From NCBI GenBank assembly GCA_945901265.1, contig CAMDJZ010000004.1, positions 372-64,371 of the forward strand: DNA of 64,000 nucleotides, read 5' to 3'. Position 1 is the stretch's first letter. Each line of letters begins with the position of its first letter. Positions 34,787 to 45,615 of the stretch are shown here, one piece after another. This stretch comes from Rickettsia typhi. GTDB taxonomy: Bacteria; Pseudomonadota; Alphaproteobacteria; Rickettsiales; UBA1997. A program made the position numbers and the translations under genes. Below the pieces are notes generated by a model. The model made no database searches. It was given only the letters and a program-made list of their open reading frames with translations, and had not been told where the DNA came from.

Positions 34787-37306
34787 CTATCTCTTTTTTG
34801 TTTTTTTACTAGCAAATCTTTTGTTCTTGTAATTTTTTGATGATGAACCATCTCCCTCTTTTTTTTCTCTCTTGATAAGTGCTGATGCTATTAAATCAAC
34901 AGCTCGATTTAAACCTATTTCTAAAATATTATCTTCCTTTACCGAGATAAATTTTTTATCATGCAATAAATAAGGACCATATGGACCGATATTAGCAATG
35001 ATTTTTAATTGAGTTTCGGGATGCAATCCAACCTCACGAGGTAGAGATAATAAACCTTTTGCTGAATCTAAATCGATTAATGCAGGATCAATATTTTTTG
35101 GAATTGAAATTCGTTTTGGCTTTTTAACTGCTGGTTTTTTGGTAGATTTTTTAGCTTTACTTTTACTTTTTTCTGGTGATTTTTTTTCACTTTCTTGCGT
35201 AGCTTTCTCAGGAATTTCAATCTCACTTCCGATAAGCTCGAGATATGGGCCATATGGTCCAATTTTAACCATGATTTCGAAACCAGTCTTAGGGTCATTA
35301 CCTAAACTTCTTGGTTCAAATTGTGGTTTTAATTCACCTTTTTCATTAAGATTATCTTCATTATTAGTTCCAAAAATTTGCATTGTATGCTTACATTCTG
35401 GATAGGCTGAGCAACCAATAAAAGAGCCGAATTTGCCGATTCTTAAACCAAGTTTACCTTTCGAGCAAGTTGGGCAAGTATTTTTTAAGTTACCCTCTTC
35501 ATCACGCCCAAAAATATGTTCACCAAATTTTTGATTTAAAACTTCTAAAACTTCGGTAAAAGGTTTTTTAAGAATTTCTTCAGTGTTATTATGGAAATCA
35601 TTCCAGAATTTTTTTAAGAAATTTTTCCATTCCATTTTGCCATTTGAAATTATATCAAGCTCATCTTCAAGATTTGCCGTATAATCAAATTCAACATATT
35701 TACTAAAAAATTCTTTCAAAAATGTTGTAACAATTCTTCCTCTTTCTTCAGGGAAAAATCTTTTCTTTTCTAAGACAACATATCCACGATCTTGCAATAC
35801 AGAAATAATTGAAGCATAAGTCGATGGCCTTCCAATGCCTAGTTCCTCTAGTTTTTTTACTAAACTTGCTTCCGAATATCTCGGTAAAGGCTCAGTAAAA
35901 TGTTGCAAAGGATTAACATTTAGCAAAGAAAGTTTTTCATTTTCCTGAAGGATTGGTAATTCTCTTTTGGTATCATCTTCTTCTTCGTCATCATTATTTT
36001 TTTGCTCATCGCGATCCTCACGATAAACTTTATAAAAGCCATCAAATCTTATCATGGAACCGATTGCTTTAGCTTTTGCGTAAGATGGAACTGATTGAAT
36101 ATCAACGATAACCAAATCAAAAATCACTTCAGACATTTGCGATGATAACATTCTTTTCCATATCAAATCATAAAGTGCAAATTGATCGCTATCTAATGAA
36201 TTTTTTAATTTATCAGGAGATAAATCAAAATCGACTGGACGAATTGCTTCGTGAGCTTCTTGAGCGTTTTTTACCTTGCTTTTAAAAACATTAGGCGATG
36301 CCGGAACATATTGTGATCCATAGAGTTCATTGATTTTAGCGCGTACATCAGTGATAGCTTCAGGAGTCGTTGCAACTGAATCTGTTCTCATATAAGTTAT
36401 TAAACCTTGTGAATTTCCACTAATTTCTATTCCTTCATAAAGTTTTTGCGAAATCATCATGGTTTTACTTGCTGAAAAGCCAAGTTTTCGAGCTGCCTCT
36501 TGTTGCATTGAAGATGTTGTGAATGGAGGATATGGTCTGCGCTTGGTTTGTTTTTTGGTTACACTGACAACTTGATATTTTTTTTGATTCAATAAATCGC
36601 TAATTTCTTGAGCTTGTTGTTGTGAGGTAATTGAAAATTTTTCTAATTTTTTTCCTGCAACTTCATAAACACTTGCTAAAAATTCTTGATTGTTGGTAGT
36701 TGCAAGTCCAAGTTTAATATCCCAATATTCTTCACTTCGAAAATGTTCAATTTCATCTTCGCGATCGCAAATTAAACGTAATGCAACGGATTGAACTCTT
36801 CCAGCCGATCGAGAGCCTGGTAATTTTCGCCATAAAACTGGTGATAATGTAAATCCAACTAAATAATCAAGAGCTCTTCTAGCTTGTTGAGCATTGACTA
36901 AATCCATATCGATATCACGAGGTTTTTTAATTGCTTCCAAAACCGAATTCTTTGTAATTGCATTAAAAACTACCCTTTCAATTTTTGTAGATGCTTTAAT
37001 GGCTTTTTTATTTTTTAATACCTCGAGTATATGCCAAGCAATTGACTCACCTTCACGATCAGGATCGGGAGCTAAAATAATTTTTTGACAATCTTTAGCG
37101 CGATCAACTATCTCTTTAACATGTTTATGAGATTTTGCAGAAACTTCATAATGCATAAAAAAATCTCTATCTGGCTCGACCGAGCCTTCCTTACTTGGTA
37201 AATCGCGAATATGTCCAAATGACGCTACCACCTGGTAATCTTTACCCAAATATTTACCGATAGTTTTTGCTTTTGCAGGAGATTCTACAATTAAAAGATT
37301 TTTCAT
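34787..37306 (-). CDS. topA: DNA topoisomerase I
   Basis: 839 aa. Toprim LLIVESPAKAKTIGKYLG. Zinc-ribbon CPTCSKGKL...GCSAYPEC. Lys-rich C-terminus. Confidence 0.95.
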   Translation of the reverse strand: MKNLLIVESPAKAKTIGKYLGKDYQVVASFGHIRDLPSKEGSVEPDRDFFMHYEVSAKSHKHVKEIVDRAKDCQKIILAPDPDREGESIAWHILEVLKNKKAIKASTKIERVVFNAITKNSVLEAIKKPRDIDMDLVNAQQARRALDYLVGFTLSPVLWRKLPGSRSAGRVQSVALRLICDREDEIEHFRSEEYWDIKLGLATTNNQEFLASVYEVAGKKLEKFSITSQQQAQEISDLLNQKKYQVVSVTKKQTKRRPYPPFTTSSMQQEAARKLGFSASKTMMISQKLYEGIEISGNSQGLITYMRTDSVATTPEAITDVRAKINELYGSQYVPASPNVFKSKVKNAQEAHEAIRPVDFDLSPDKLKNSLDSDQFALYDLIWKRMLSSQMSEVIFDLVIVDIQSVPSYAKAKAIGSMIRFDGFYKVYREDRDEQKNNDDEEEDDTKRELPILQENEKLSLLNVNPLQHFTEPLPRYSEASLVKKLEELGIGRPSTYASIISVLQDRGYVVLEKKRFFPEERGRIVTTFLKEFFSKYVEFDYTANLEDELDIISNGKMEWKNFLKKFWNDFHNNTEEILKKPFTEVLEVLNQKFGEHIFGRDEEGNLKNTCPTCSKGKLGLRIGKFGSFIGCSAYPECKHTMQIFGTNNEDNLNEKGELKPQFEPRSLGNDPKTGFEIMVKIGPYGPYLELIGSEIEIPEKATQESEKKSPEKSKSKAKKSTKKPAVKKPKRISIPKNIDPALIDLDSAKGLLSLPREVGLHPETQLKIIANIGPYGPYLLHDKKFISVKEDNILEIGLNRAVDLIASALIKREKKEGDGSSSKNYKNKRFASKKTKKR

Positions 37307-37394
37307 TATTAAAATTATTTAGTTTCTTATCTTGATTTTTTTAAAAAGAATAAAGTGTCAAATATTATAAAGTCAACAAATACGAGCATTGATG

Positions 37395-37613
37395 TTAGAC
37401 AACACGACGAACAATTCTGCCTTTAGTTAGATCATATGTTGTCATCTCTACCTCAACTTTATCACCCTTTAAAATGCGAATTTTATTTTTACGAATCTTT
37501 CCTGAAGCATGCGCAACAATGATATGGGAGTTTTCAAGCTCAACACGAAAAATAGTATTTGGCAATACTTCAACAACAACGCCATTCATGGTTAATAAAT
37601 CTTCTTTAGGCAT
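37395..37613 (-). CDS. infA: Translation initiation factor IF-1
   Basis: 72 aa. S1-like fold sequence [22 protein letters not shown]...[16 protein letters not shown]. Confidence 0.95.
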   Translation of the reverse strand: MPKEDLLTMNGVVVEVLPNTIFRVELENSHIIVAHASGKIRKNKIRILKGDKVEVEMTTYDLTKGRIVRRVV

Positions 37614-37776
37614 AGTTTAAATTATAAATTTTAATTAAATCTTAGTAAAATCTAAGGCTCTTTTGTAAGTAAAGATAAATTACGATTCTTTATTTTGCAA
37701 GCTTTTTAAGATGGAGGTCCTTAAAATATTATTGAATTTAACTCTTTAAGCTGTAGGATAAAACTGTAATAAAAAT

Positions 37777-38697
37777 CTAAATTTTAACATCTAATTGACT
37801 ATATTTTACTCCCAAAACATGACAAATTGCTGAAGATAATTCTGCTCGATTAAGAGTATAAAAATGAAAGTCATCAATATTATTGCGATGCAAAATTCTG
37901 CATAATTCAAATGCAACTATTCCCGCAACTAAATGGCGAGTTTCCTGCCATTCATCAAGACCATTGAATATTTCTTCCATCCATAATGGAATTGTTGCTC
38001 CGCACATTTTTGAAAAATGCTTTACTTGTTTGACATTGGTTACAGGAAGTATTCCTGGCAATATTGGAACGGTGATATTTTTATTTCGGCATTTATCAAC
38101 AAAACGCAAAAAAACATCAGCATCAAAAAAAAACTGCGTAATAATTCTTTTAGCACCAGCATCAATTTTACGCTTTAGATTATCGATATCATCATCAAGA
38201 CTTTTAGCTTCGGGATGTTTCTGTGGATAACCTGCTACCGAAATATCAAAATCAATTCCATCTTTTTTTAATGCAGAAATTCCAGCAACCATTTCGCTAG
38301 CATATTTATAGCCATCCGGATGAAGTTGATAATTTGGACTAGAGGCTGGCATATCTCCTCGAAGTGCAACAATATGTCTAACGCCAATTTGCCAATAATT
38401 TCGTAAAATTTCTTCAATTTCATTTTTAGAAGCTGCAATGCAAGTCAAATGTGAGGCAACTTTAAGATCAGTTTCATTGATAATACGCTTAATAGTTTGA
38501 TGAGTCCTTTCGCGCGTTGATCCTCCCGCACCATATGTCACGGAAACGAAATTAGGATTAAAATCTTTTAAAACAGAAATCGCTTCCCACATTTTATTTT
38601 CCATTTCGGAATTTTTGGGAGGAAAAAATTCAAAGGAAATATTAATTTTTCGATTATTTAGAAAAACTTCTTCTAGCTTGTTAACAATTTTTTTCAT
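37777..38697 (-). CDS. metF: 5,10-methylenetetrahydrofolate reductase
   Basis: 306 aa. ISFEFFPPK, VTYGAGGSTR and HLTC. Confidence 0.9.
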   Translation of the reverse strand: MKKIVNKLEEVFLNNRKINISFEFFPPKNSEMENKMWEAISVLKDFNPNFVSVTYGAGGSTRERTHQTIKRIINETDLKVASHLTCIAASKNEIEEILRNYWQIGVRHIVALRGDMPASSPNYQLHPDGYKYASEMVAGISALKKDGIDFDISVAGYPQKHPEAKSLDDDIDNLKRKIDAGAKRIITQFFFDADVFLRFVDKCRNKNITVPILPGILPVTNVKQVKHFSKMCGATIPLWMEEIFNGLDEWQETRHLVAGIVAFELCRILHRNNIDDFHFYTLNRAELSSAICHVLGVKYSQLDVKI

Positions 38698-39329
38698 AAT
38701 TTTAAAAATCTACTTCCGGGTTTTAATGCCTTAATTTTAATGAGCTCTTCTGGAATATTATTTTCATCAAAAGTTTTTACGGCAATTTTTAGTAGGGAAA
38801 AAACGGAAGTTTGTAATTTTTTTTCTAAATTTTCATCATTACTGCGATCAACCAAACAAGCTTCACCAACGATAATTCCATTTAGGTTTTTTACTAGTTC
38901 AAAAGTTTCAAGAGATGATTTTCCAGTAGTTATAACATCTTCAACAATCAATATTCGTGCATTAGGATTAATTTCGAAACCTCTTCTTAACTCAAATTTA
39001 CCATTAACTCTTTCGCAAAAAATTGCTGGTAAATTTAGTTGACGAGCTAATTCATATCCAATAATTACTCCACCCATTGCAGGTGAAACAACAAGATCGG
39101 CAGGATTATCACCAAGTTGTTTTTTAATTTTTAAAGCAAGTAATTTGCAAAGTTTTTCTGCACGATTTGGATTCATCAAAACTCTGGCACATTGCAAATA
39201 GGTGTCAGAATGCAATCCGGAAGATAAAATAAAATGTCCTTTTAAAATAGCTTTACTATCGATAAATTCTTGAAAAATTTCTTGTGCAGAAAATTCTTGT
39301 GCAAAAATTTCTTGTCTTTTTGATTCCAT
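38694..39329 (-). CDS. pyrE: Orotate phosphoribosyltransferase
   Basis: 211 aa. PRPP-binding loop ILIVEDVITTGKS. 4-nt overlap with metF. Confidence 0.9.
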   Translation of the reverse strand: MESKRQEIFAQEFSAQEIFQEFIDSKAILKGHFILSSGLHSDTYLQCARVLMNPNRAEKLCKLLALKIKKQLGDNPADLVVSPAMGGVIIGYELARQLNLPAIFCERVNGKFELRRGFEINPNARILIVEDVITTGKSSLETFELVKNLNGIIVGEACLVDRSNDENLEKKLQTSVFSLLKIAVKTFDENNIPEELIKIKALKPGSRFLKL

Positions 39330-39502
39330 ATGTTTGAATTTGGCGACTTTTAATTTATAAATGTTTAATGTTTTTTTAGGTCAATTTCATAAATATTTTC
39401 CCCTAATACCTAATTAAGCTTAAAAGTTTAAAAATAAAATTTATAAGATAAACTTGTAAAAAATTTTATTTTTCAAAAAATTGAAAATCAATTAATAAAA
39501 TT

Positions 39503-40462
39503 ATGCAAGATAAAAATGCGTTAATATCATCAGCTATATCAACAATAAACACTGAAATTAAAGGTTTGCAAGCGTTGATGGATATTTTTGACGATAAATA
39601 TTGCCAAGCAATTGAATTAATTTTGCGTATCCAAGGAAAAGTAATATTAAGTGGCATCGGTAAATCAGGACATATTGCCAAAAAAATTTCCTCAACATTA
39701 TCATCAACAGGTACTCCAGCTTTTTTTGTTCATCCAAGCGAAGCAAGTCATGGTGATCTAGGAATGATCGGTAAACAAGATCTAGTAATTATTCTTTCGA
39801 ATTCAGGTCAAACTCACGAAATAAAAGATTTAATTCATTATTGTCAAAAATCAAATATTCCTCTGATTGGAATTATGCGAAAACCAAAATCAGAACTTGC
39901 TGATGCAAGTTCAATTGCATTAATTATTCCTGAAATTGAAGAAGCCAATTCTATTAATGCTCCAACCACATCAACAACCATGATGATTGCCTTAGGTGAT
40001 GCAATTGCCGTTAGCTTAATTAAAGCTCGTAAATTTAATTCCGATAATTTTTCATTATTTCATCCGGGTGGAAAATTAGGTTCGGCATTAATTAGAGTTA
40101 AAGATTTGATGCGCTCTAAAAATGATATTCCAATTGTTAAATATTGCGATAAAATGCCCGTAGTTTTATTAGAAATAACTTCAAAACGCTTGGGATGTTG
40201 CGCCGTAGTTAATGATGAAAATCATTTAATTGGCATTATAACAGATGGGGATTTGCGAAGACATTTAACTAATAATTTTTTAGAAAAAACAGCTCAAGAG
40301 GTTATGACTCCTGAACCTCAAACAATTGATCAAGAAATTTATGTTAGTCAAGCAATTGAACTAATGAATAAAAAATCTATTACTAGTTTTTTTATTTGTA
40401 TCGATAAACAATTAAGCGGAATTATTCACCTTCATGATTGCTTAAAAGAAATTGGTAATTAA
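39503..40462 (+). CDS. kpsF: Arabinose-5-phosphate isomerase (SIS domain + tandem CBS)
   Basis: 319 aa. SGIGKSGHIAKKISSTLSSTGTPAFFVHPSEASHGDLGM. Confidence 0.88.
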   Translation: MQDKNALISSAISTINTEIKGLQALMDIFDDKYCQAIELILRIQGKVILSGIGKSGHIAKKISSTLSSTGTPAFFVHPSEASHGDLGMIGKQDLVIILSNSGQTHEIKDLIHYCQKSNIPLIGIMRKPKSELADASSIALIIPEIEEANSINAPTTSTTMMIALGDAIAVSLIKARKFNSDNFSLFHPGGKLGSALIRVKDLMRSKNDIPIVKYCDKMPVVLLEITSKRLGCCAVVNDENHLIGIITDGDLRRHLTNNFLEKTAQEVMTPEPQTIDQEIYVSQAIELMNKKSITSFFICIDKQLSGIIHLHDCLKEIGN

Positions 40463-40536
40463 AAAAATAATTACTAAATCTTTTATTAATCACAAGTTAT
40501 ATTAATTTATTTCGTTTAAATATTAAATTTTAATTT

Positions 40537-41925
40537 ATGTCAACCTTTGCATCATTGTCTTATATTGTTTCTGCAGTATTATTTATATTATCGCTTTATG
40601 GATTATCATCTCCTAAGACCTCTCGAAAAGGGAATTATTTAGGAATGACAGGAATGGCAATCGCAATTTTAACAACATTGTTTTTGCCACAAATTCATAA
40701 TATTAGTTTTATAATTATAGCAATAATCATCGGTGGAGCAATTGGTTATTTTATCGCCGTAAAAGTTAAAATGACTGAAATGCCTCAATTAGTTGCAGGA
40801 TTTCATTCATTGGTTGGCCTATCGGCAGTCTTTATTGCAATGGCAGCATTATGGCTACCAAATTCATTTAATATTATTGAAAATGATAAAATTAAAAATT
40901 CCAGTTTAATTGAAATGGGCATTGGCCTAGTTATTGGAGGAATAACTTTCACTGGTTCGATAATCGCCTTTCTAAAACTCAATGGCAATATCTCTTCTCG
41001 TTTAGTAATTTTTAAAAATAATCCCAATCGTTTTGCTAAAATTTTTTCAGCAATATTATTAGTTTTTCTAATTTTATTTTGCATTTTTGGCTCAAAATTT
41101 TTATTTATAATTTTGTGCTTCTTGTCATTTTTTATTGGCGTAATGTTGATTGCTCCAGTAGGTGGAGCAGATATGCCAGTTATAGTTTCAATGCTAAACT
41201 CCTATTCAGGTTGGGCAGCAAGTGGAATTGGTTTCACCCTCAATAATCAACTTTTAGTTATTACTGGAGCACTTGTTGGCGCAAGTGGAGCAATACTTAG
41301 CTTTATTATGTGCAAAGCTATGAACCGCTCAATTATCAATGTAATGTTTTCATCTTTTGGTAATCAACCTGCTGTTCAGGAAAACTCTCAAGAACAAAAA
41401 CCAATTCATCAAAGTTCAGCGGAAGATGTTGGATATATGATGAAAAATTCTAGCTCAGTAATTATCGTTCCAGGATACGGAATGGCAGTTGCAGGAGCTC
41501 AACATGCAGTTGCAGAAATGACTCGCAAATTAGAATCAGCAGGAATTACTGTTAAATTCGCAATACATCCAGTTGCAGGAAGAATGCCTGGTCACATGAA
41601 TGTATTACTTGCCGAAGCAAAGATAGATTATGAAAAAGTTTTTGAATTAGATGAAATAAATTCTGAATTTAAAAATACTGATATTGCTTTTGTAATAGGC
41701 GCAAATGATATTACCAATCCTGCCGCTAAAACTGACAAAACCAGTCCAATATACGGCATGCCGATTCTTGATGTAGCAGATTCTCGAAATGTATATTTTA
41801 TCAAAAGATCAATGGCCTCTGGATATGCTGGGGTTGATAATGAATTATTTTATAACGATAATACAATGATGGTTTTTGGAGATGCAAAAAAAATTGTTGA
41901 AGAAATAGTTAAACATTTAGATTAG
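40537..41925 (+). CDS. pntB: NAD(P) transhydrogenase subunit beta
   Basis: 462 aa. Polytopic N-terminal half. C-terminal dIII domain VPGYGMAVAGAQH and HPVAGRMPGHMNVLLAEA. No pntA is adjacent. Confidence 0.93.
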   Translation: MSTFASLSYIVSAVLFILSLYGLSSPKTSRKGNYLGMTGMAIAILTTLFLPQIHNISFIIIAIIIGGAIGYFIAVKVKMTEMPQLVAGFHSLVGLSAVFIAMAALWLPNSFNIIENDKIKNSSLIEMGIGLVIGGITFTGSIIAFLKLNGNISSRLVIFKNNPNRFAKIFSAILLVFLILFCIFGSKFLFIILCFLSFFIGVMLIAPVGGADMPVIVSMLNSYSGWAASGIGFTLNNQLLVITGALVGASGAILSFIMCKAMNRSIINVMFSSFGNQPAVQENSQEQKPIHQSSAEDVGYMMKNSSSVIIVPGYGMAVAGAQHAVAEMTRKLESAGITVKFAIHPVAGRMPGHMNVLLAEAKIDYEKVFELDEINSEFKNTDIAFVIGANDITNPAAKTDKTSPIYGMPILDVADSRNVYFIKRSMASGYAGVDNELFYNDNTMMVFGDAKKIVEEIVKHLD

Positions 41926-41926
41926 C

Positions 41927-43033
41927 ATGAAATTTAATAATAATTTTATAAATATAAATAAGCTTAAATGTTTGTTTTTTTTGTTTTCCGTAATTTTCTT
42001 GATCAAAGCAGCTGAAGCCGAAGAGTTAATTAACAAAAAAGAACAAGATTTAACCAATAAAAAAGCTGAAAGTTTAACTAATAAAAAAGTTGAAAAGAAA
42101 AATAATCTAAAGCGCTTTATGGAATCAGGTATTTTAGTGGAAACTTCTCTAGAGAATAATAATGGCGTAGCAATTGAAGACATCTACAGCAATAACAAAA
42201 AAATAAGCGAATTAAAATGGAAATTTCAAGATATTTTAATGTCTCGAATTAAGTTAGGAATTTTACTTGATAATTCATTTTCACTTAATTTAAGTTACGC
42301 AACATCTAACAATAATTCACATAATTCGAAGATGACCGATTATGATTGGCTTGGAGGTTCTGGATCACAAGGGGGAGATGATGGTAAAAAAGATCCTGCA
42401 AATTGGACTCATTACTCATCTTCAATTGTTAAGACTAATATAAAGGATTTTGATATTCATAGTAATTCAATTTTTTTTGAAAATTATTCTTTTAAAATCG
42501 GCTTTCGTCAGCAGGAATTTGATTTTCATGATAAATCTCAGGATTATGTTTATTCCTGTAACGAGCAATATAAGGCAATCAATAACTGTCAAATTGGCTT
42601 TAGAAATCTTAGTGGAAATTTTAATAATGAGAATTCGATTAATTATTATCAGCGCTTCCGCATCCCTTATATTGGCATTGGTTTTGATAAGAAATTTTTT
42701 AATAAAAAGTTATCACTTAGTCTATATTCAGCATATTCAAGCACAGTATATGCCAATGATCGCGATGTTCACGTAAGGAGATCTATGATCATTGAAAGAA
42801 AGTTTAAAAAAGGAAAATATTACAATATTGGCGCTAAGATTGCCTATAATTTTTATGATAATTTTAGAGTTAACTTAGGATATGAATATACGCAAATTCC
42901 CCTTATAATTGGCGATTCAAATTATAGTTATTCTAATGGAACTCAAAATTATTCATCGCAAAATTCAGCAGGCATTTCAAATAAATTTCAAAAAATTGCT
43001 TTAGGTTTAAGTTATTTATTTTATATTAATTAA
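41927..43033 (+). CDS. Omptin-family outer-membrane protease homologue
   Basis: 368 aa with a signal peptide. KISELKWKF, MTDYDW (D138-x-D140), WTHYS, QRFRIPYIGIG and NDRDVHV (D280-x-H282) align with OmpT SQLDWKF, VDQDW, WTDES, QRFKMPYIGL and NDEHY. Confidence 0.7.
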   Translation: MKFNNNFININKLKCLFFLFSVIFLIKAAEAEELINKKEQDLTNKKAESLTNKKVEKKNNLKRFMESGILVETSLENNNGVAIEDIYSNNKKISELKWKFQDILMSRIKLGILLDNSFSLNLSYATSNNNSHNSKMTDYDWLGGSGSQGGDDGKKDPANWTHYSSSIVKTNIKDFDIHSNSIFFENYSFKIGFRQQEFDFHDKSQDYVYSCNEQYKAINNCQIGFRNLSGNFNNENSINYYQRFRIPYIGIGFDKKFFNKKLSLSLYSAYSSTVYANDRDVHVRRSMIIERKFKKGKYYNIGAKIAYNFYDNFRVNLGYEYTQIPLIIGDSNYSYSNGTQNYSSQNSAGISNKFQKIALGLSYLFYIN

Positions 43034-43196
43034 TAAGTTTGAGCTTTTTATTGATCCTTTAATTACAACTAATTTAGGCAATTTCGGCAATATTAAAAAT
43101 TACAAAATCTTTTATTAAGAATTTTTATAATTTTTTTATTTTAATAAAAATTTTTTATAACAAATTTTATAAATCTAACAACTCTAATCAAATTTT

Positions 43197-43763
43197 ATGA
43201 AAACCAATGCTAATTCAATTCGTATCGGCAATGTTATCGAATTTCAAAATCAATTGTGGAGAGTAATAAAACGTGAACACGTAAAACCTGGAAAAGGTGG
43301 CGCATATATTCAAGTTGAAATGAAAAATATAGTTACTGATAACAAAACCAATACACGTTTTGCATCAAGCGAAGATGTTGAAATTGCTTATGTTGAACAA
43401 AAGAATTATCAATTTCAATATTTTGATCGTGATGAAATAGTTGCAATGGATATGGAAAATTTTGAGACTCTTAATTTTAACAAAAATATCATTGGTAATG
43501 CATTGCCTTTTTTAACGGAAGAAATGAGTATTCGTGTTGAATATTGCAATTCAAAACCAATATCAATTTTTTTACCTGAGCAAGTTGAGGCAATTATTGC
43601 TGAAGCTGAAATATCGATTAAAGGCCAAACTGCAACTGCTTCTTATAAACCAGCAACATTAGAGAATGGGATTCGAATTATGGTTCCACCATTCATTGAA
43701 TCTGGCGAAAAAATTATCATTAAGACTGATGATTTTTCTTATGTTAGTCGGGCTAAAAATTAA
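43197..43763 (+). CDS. efp: Elongation factor P
   Basis: 188 aa. IRIGNVIEF...VKPGKGGAYIQVEMKNI. Confidence 0.95.
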   Translation: MKTNANSIRIGNVIEFQNQLWRVIKREHVKPGKGGAYIQVEMKNIVTDNKTNTRFASSEDVEIAYVEQKNYQFQYFDRDEIVAMDMENFETLNFNKNIIGNALPFLTEEMSIRVEYCNSKPISIFLPEQVEAIIAEAEISIKGQTATASYKPATLENGIRIMVPPFIESGEKIIIKTDDFSYVSRAKN

Positions 43764-43789
43764 TAATTACAACCAATTATTTTTCAATA

Positions 43790-44614
43790 ATGACCATTAT
43801 TAATCAGCAAAATAAATTAAATTTTATTAAAATGTCTGCCCTAGGGAATGACTTCGTTATTTTCGATTATCGTCAACAATATTTTTCATTAGATTCAAAG
43901 CAAATTAAAAAAATTTCAGATCATAAAAATATTGGTTGCGATCAATTAATAATTATTAAAAAACCCAATCAAAATAATTCTTCAAAAATTACAGTTGCCG
44001 TTGAAATGGAAATTTTTAATTGCGATGGCTCACTTTCTGAAACCTGTGGAAATGCTACTCGCTGTGTAGCTGGCTATCTTTTTGAAGAAAATCCTAATCA
44101 GAATATTATTTTTATCGAAACATTGGGCGGGATCCTAAAATGCCAAAAAATTAATGAAAATTTAATTTCGGTTAATATGGGAAAAGCAAAATTTTTAGAT
44201 AATCTAAATTTCGATAAATATGTTTTTAATTGCGTAGATGTTGGTAATCCCCACGCCGTTTGCTTTGTTGATAAAATGATCAGTAATGAAGATTTATTTA
44301 TTTTAGGTCCGCAAATTGAAAATCACCATCACTTTCCAAATAAAACTAATGTTGAATTTGCGAAAATTATTAATGATCAATTAATCGCTGTTCGCGTTTG
44401 GGAAAGAGGTGTTGGTGAAACAACGGCTTGTGGATCAGGAGCTTGTGGAGTAGTTGCCTTAGCAATTAAAAATAAATTGGTTAAATCTTCAAAAGTTTTC
44501 GTAGAATTTTTAGGAGGAAAATTACAAATCGAATATATTAACGATGAAATAATTATGATTGGCGATTATCAAAAAATTTTTTACGGTAAAATTGATGAAG
44601 ATTTTTTTTCTTAA
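43790..44614 (+). CDS. dapF: Diaminopimelate epimerase
   Basis: 274 aa. FIKMSALGNDFVIFD. Catalytic Cys motifs CGNATRC and CGSGACG. Confidence 0.92.
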   Translation: MTIINQQNKLNFIKMSALGNDFVIFDYRQQYFSLDSKQIKKISDHKNIGCDQLIIIKKPNQNNSSKITVAVEMEIFNCDGSLSETCGNATRCVAGYLFEENPNQNIIFIETLGGILKCQKINENLISVNMGKAKFLDNLNFDKYVFNCVDVGNPHAVCFVDKMISNEDLFILGPQIENHHHFPNKTNVEFAKIINDQLIAVRVWERGVGETTACGSGACGVVALAIKNKLVKSSKVFVEFLGGKLQIEYINDEIIMIGDYQKIFYGKIDEDFFS

Positions 44615-44987
44615 TATTTTTTTCCTTATATTTCTAAGCGTTGATTCTCTAGCGCTTAGTACTGAGGATAAATTAGCAAATCCACAAGATGAGCAAAGAG
44701 CAATGAATCTATTTTTACAAATTCGTTGCTTGGTTTGTGCAGGTCAGGTAATAGAAAATTCTGATACGCAATTTGCCTTTGAAGTTCGAAAATTTATTCG
44801 TAAAAAAATTAATGAAGGCTTAACAGACGAAGAAATAAAAGCCTATTTAATTAAAAATTTCGGCGATGAAATTTTACAAACCCCGACCTTAAAATCGCAA
44901 CCTTTACTATGGCTCTTGCCAATATTTTTTTTAATAATAAGCTTATTTATTATCTTAAAAAAATATCAAAAAATAAACCTTCAATAA
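44595..44987 (+). CDS. ccmH: Cytochrome c-type biogenesis protein CcmH
   Basis: Signal peptide MKIFFLNIFFLIFLSVDSLA. LRCLVCAGQ (CxxC) motif. C-terminal TM helix. Start placed at ATG 44595 rather than 44559. Confidence 0.8.
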   Translation: MKIFFLNIFFLIFLSVDSLALSTEDKLANPQDEQRAMNLFLQIRCLVCAGQVIENSDTQFAFEVRKFIRKKINEGLTDEEIKAYLIKNFGDEILQTPTLKSQPLLWLLPIFFLIISLFIILKKYQKINLQ

Positions 44988-45003
44988 TTAAATTTATATA
45001 AAT

Positions 45004-45615
45004 ATGGCAATTTATCTTCATAATAATGACCTTCCTGCAGATATTAAATTTAGTTCTGCAATAGGAGTGGATAGCGAAGCAATGGGCTTAAATATTGCTC
45101 GTGATCGCTTATGCCTTATTCAAATTTCTGCTGGTGATGGCAATGCCCATTTAGTAAAATTTAACGGCACTTACAATGCACCAAATCTTAAAAAAATTTT
45201 ATGCGATGATTCCATTCAAAAAATTTTCCATTTTGCAAGATTTGATTTAGCGATAATCTTTAATTATTTAGAAATCAGTTTTAAAAATATTTATTGCACT
45301 AAAATTGCCTCACGACTTGCCAGAACTTATACTGATTCTCATGGTTTAAAAAATCTTTGTGAGGAATTGCTTGGAATTGAAATATCGAAAAAACAACAAT
45401 CATCAGATTGGGGAAATGCGATTCTAAGCGATAAACAGCTGGAATATGCAGCTAGCGATGTTTTGTATCTTCATCAATTGCGCGATAAGCTTCAACAAAT
45501 TATAATTCGTGAAAATCGTCAGATAATTTTGAGTGAATGTTTTAGATTTTTACCAACTAGAGCTGAACTTGATTTAATAGGTTTTAGTAATATTGATATT
45601 TTTAATCATTCCTAA
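45004..45615 (+). CDS. Small RNase D-like 3'-5' exonuclease (DEDDy)
   Basis: 203 aa. VDSEAMGL, HFARFDL and YAASDVLYL exonuclease motifs. Confidence 0.8.
   Translation: MAIYLHNNDLPADIKFSSAIGVDSEAMGLNIARDRLCLIQISAGDGNAHLVKFNGTYNAPNLKKILCDDSIQKIFHFARFDLAIIFNYLEISFKNIYCTKIASRLARTYTDSHGLKNLCEELLGIEISKKQQSSDWGNAILSDKQLEYAASDVLYLHQLRDKLQQIIIRENRQIILSECFRFLPTRAELDLIGFSNIDIFNHS

Noticed and set aside
37883-39042. 115-aa and 100-aa plus-strand ORFs opposite metF and pyrE
   Set aside because: They are antisense shadows of well-conserved genes.
39466-39746. 71-aa and 62-aa minus-strand ORFs at the kpsF 5' end
   Set aside because: They overlap the conserved SIS domain coding region on the opposite strand and have no independent support.
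42450-42776. 108-aa plus-strand ORF in another frame of the omptin-like gene
   Set aside because: It overlaps, out of frame, the longer ORF that carries the omptin motifs.
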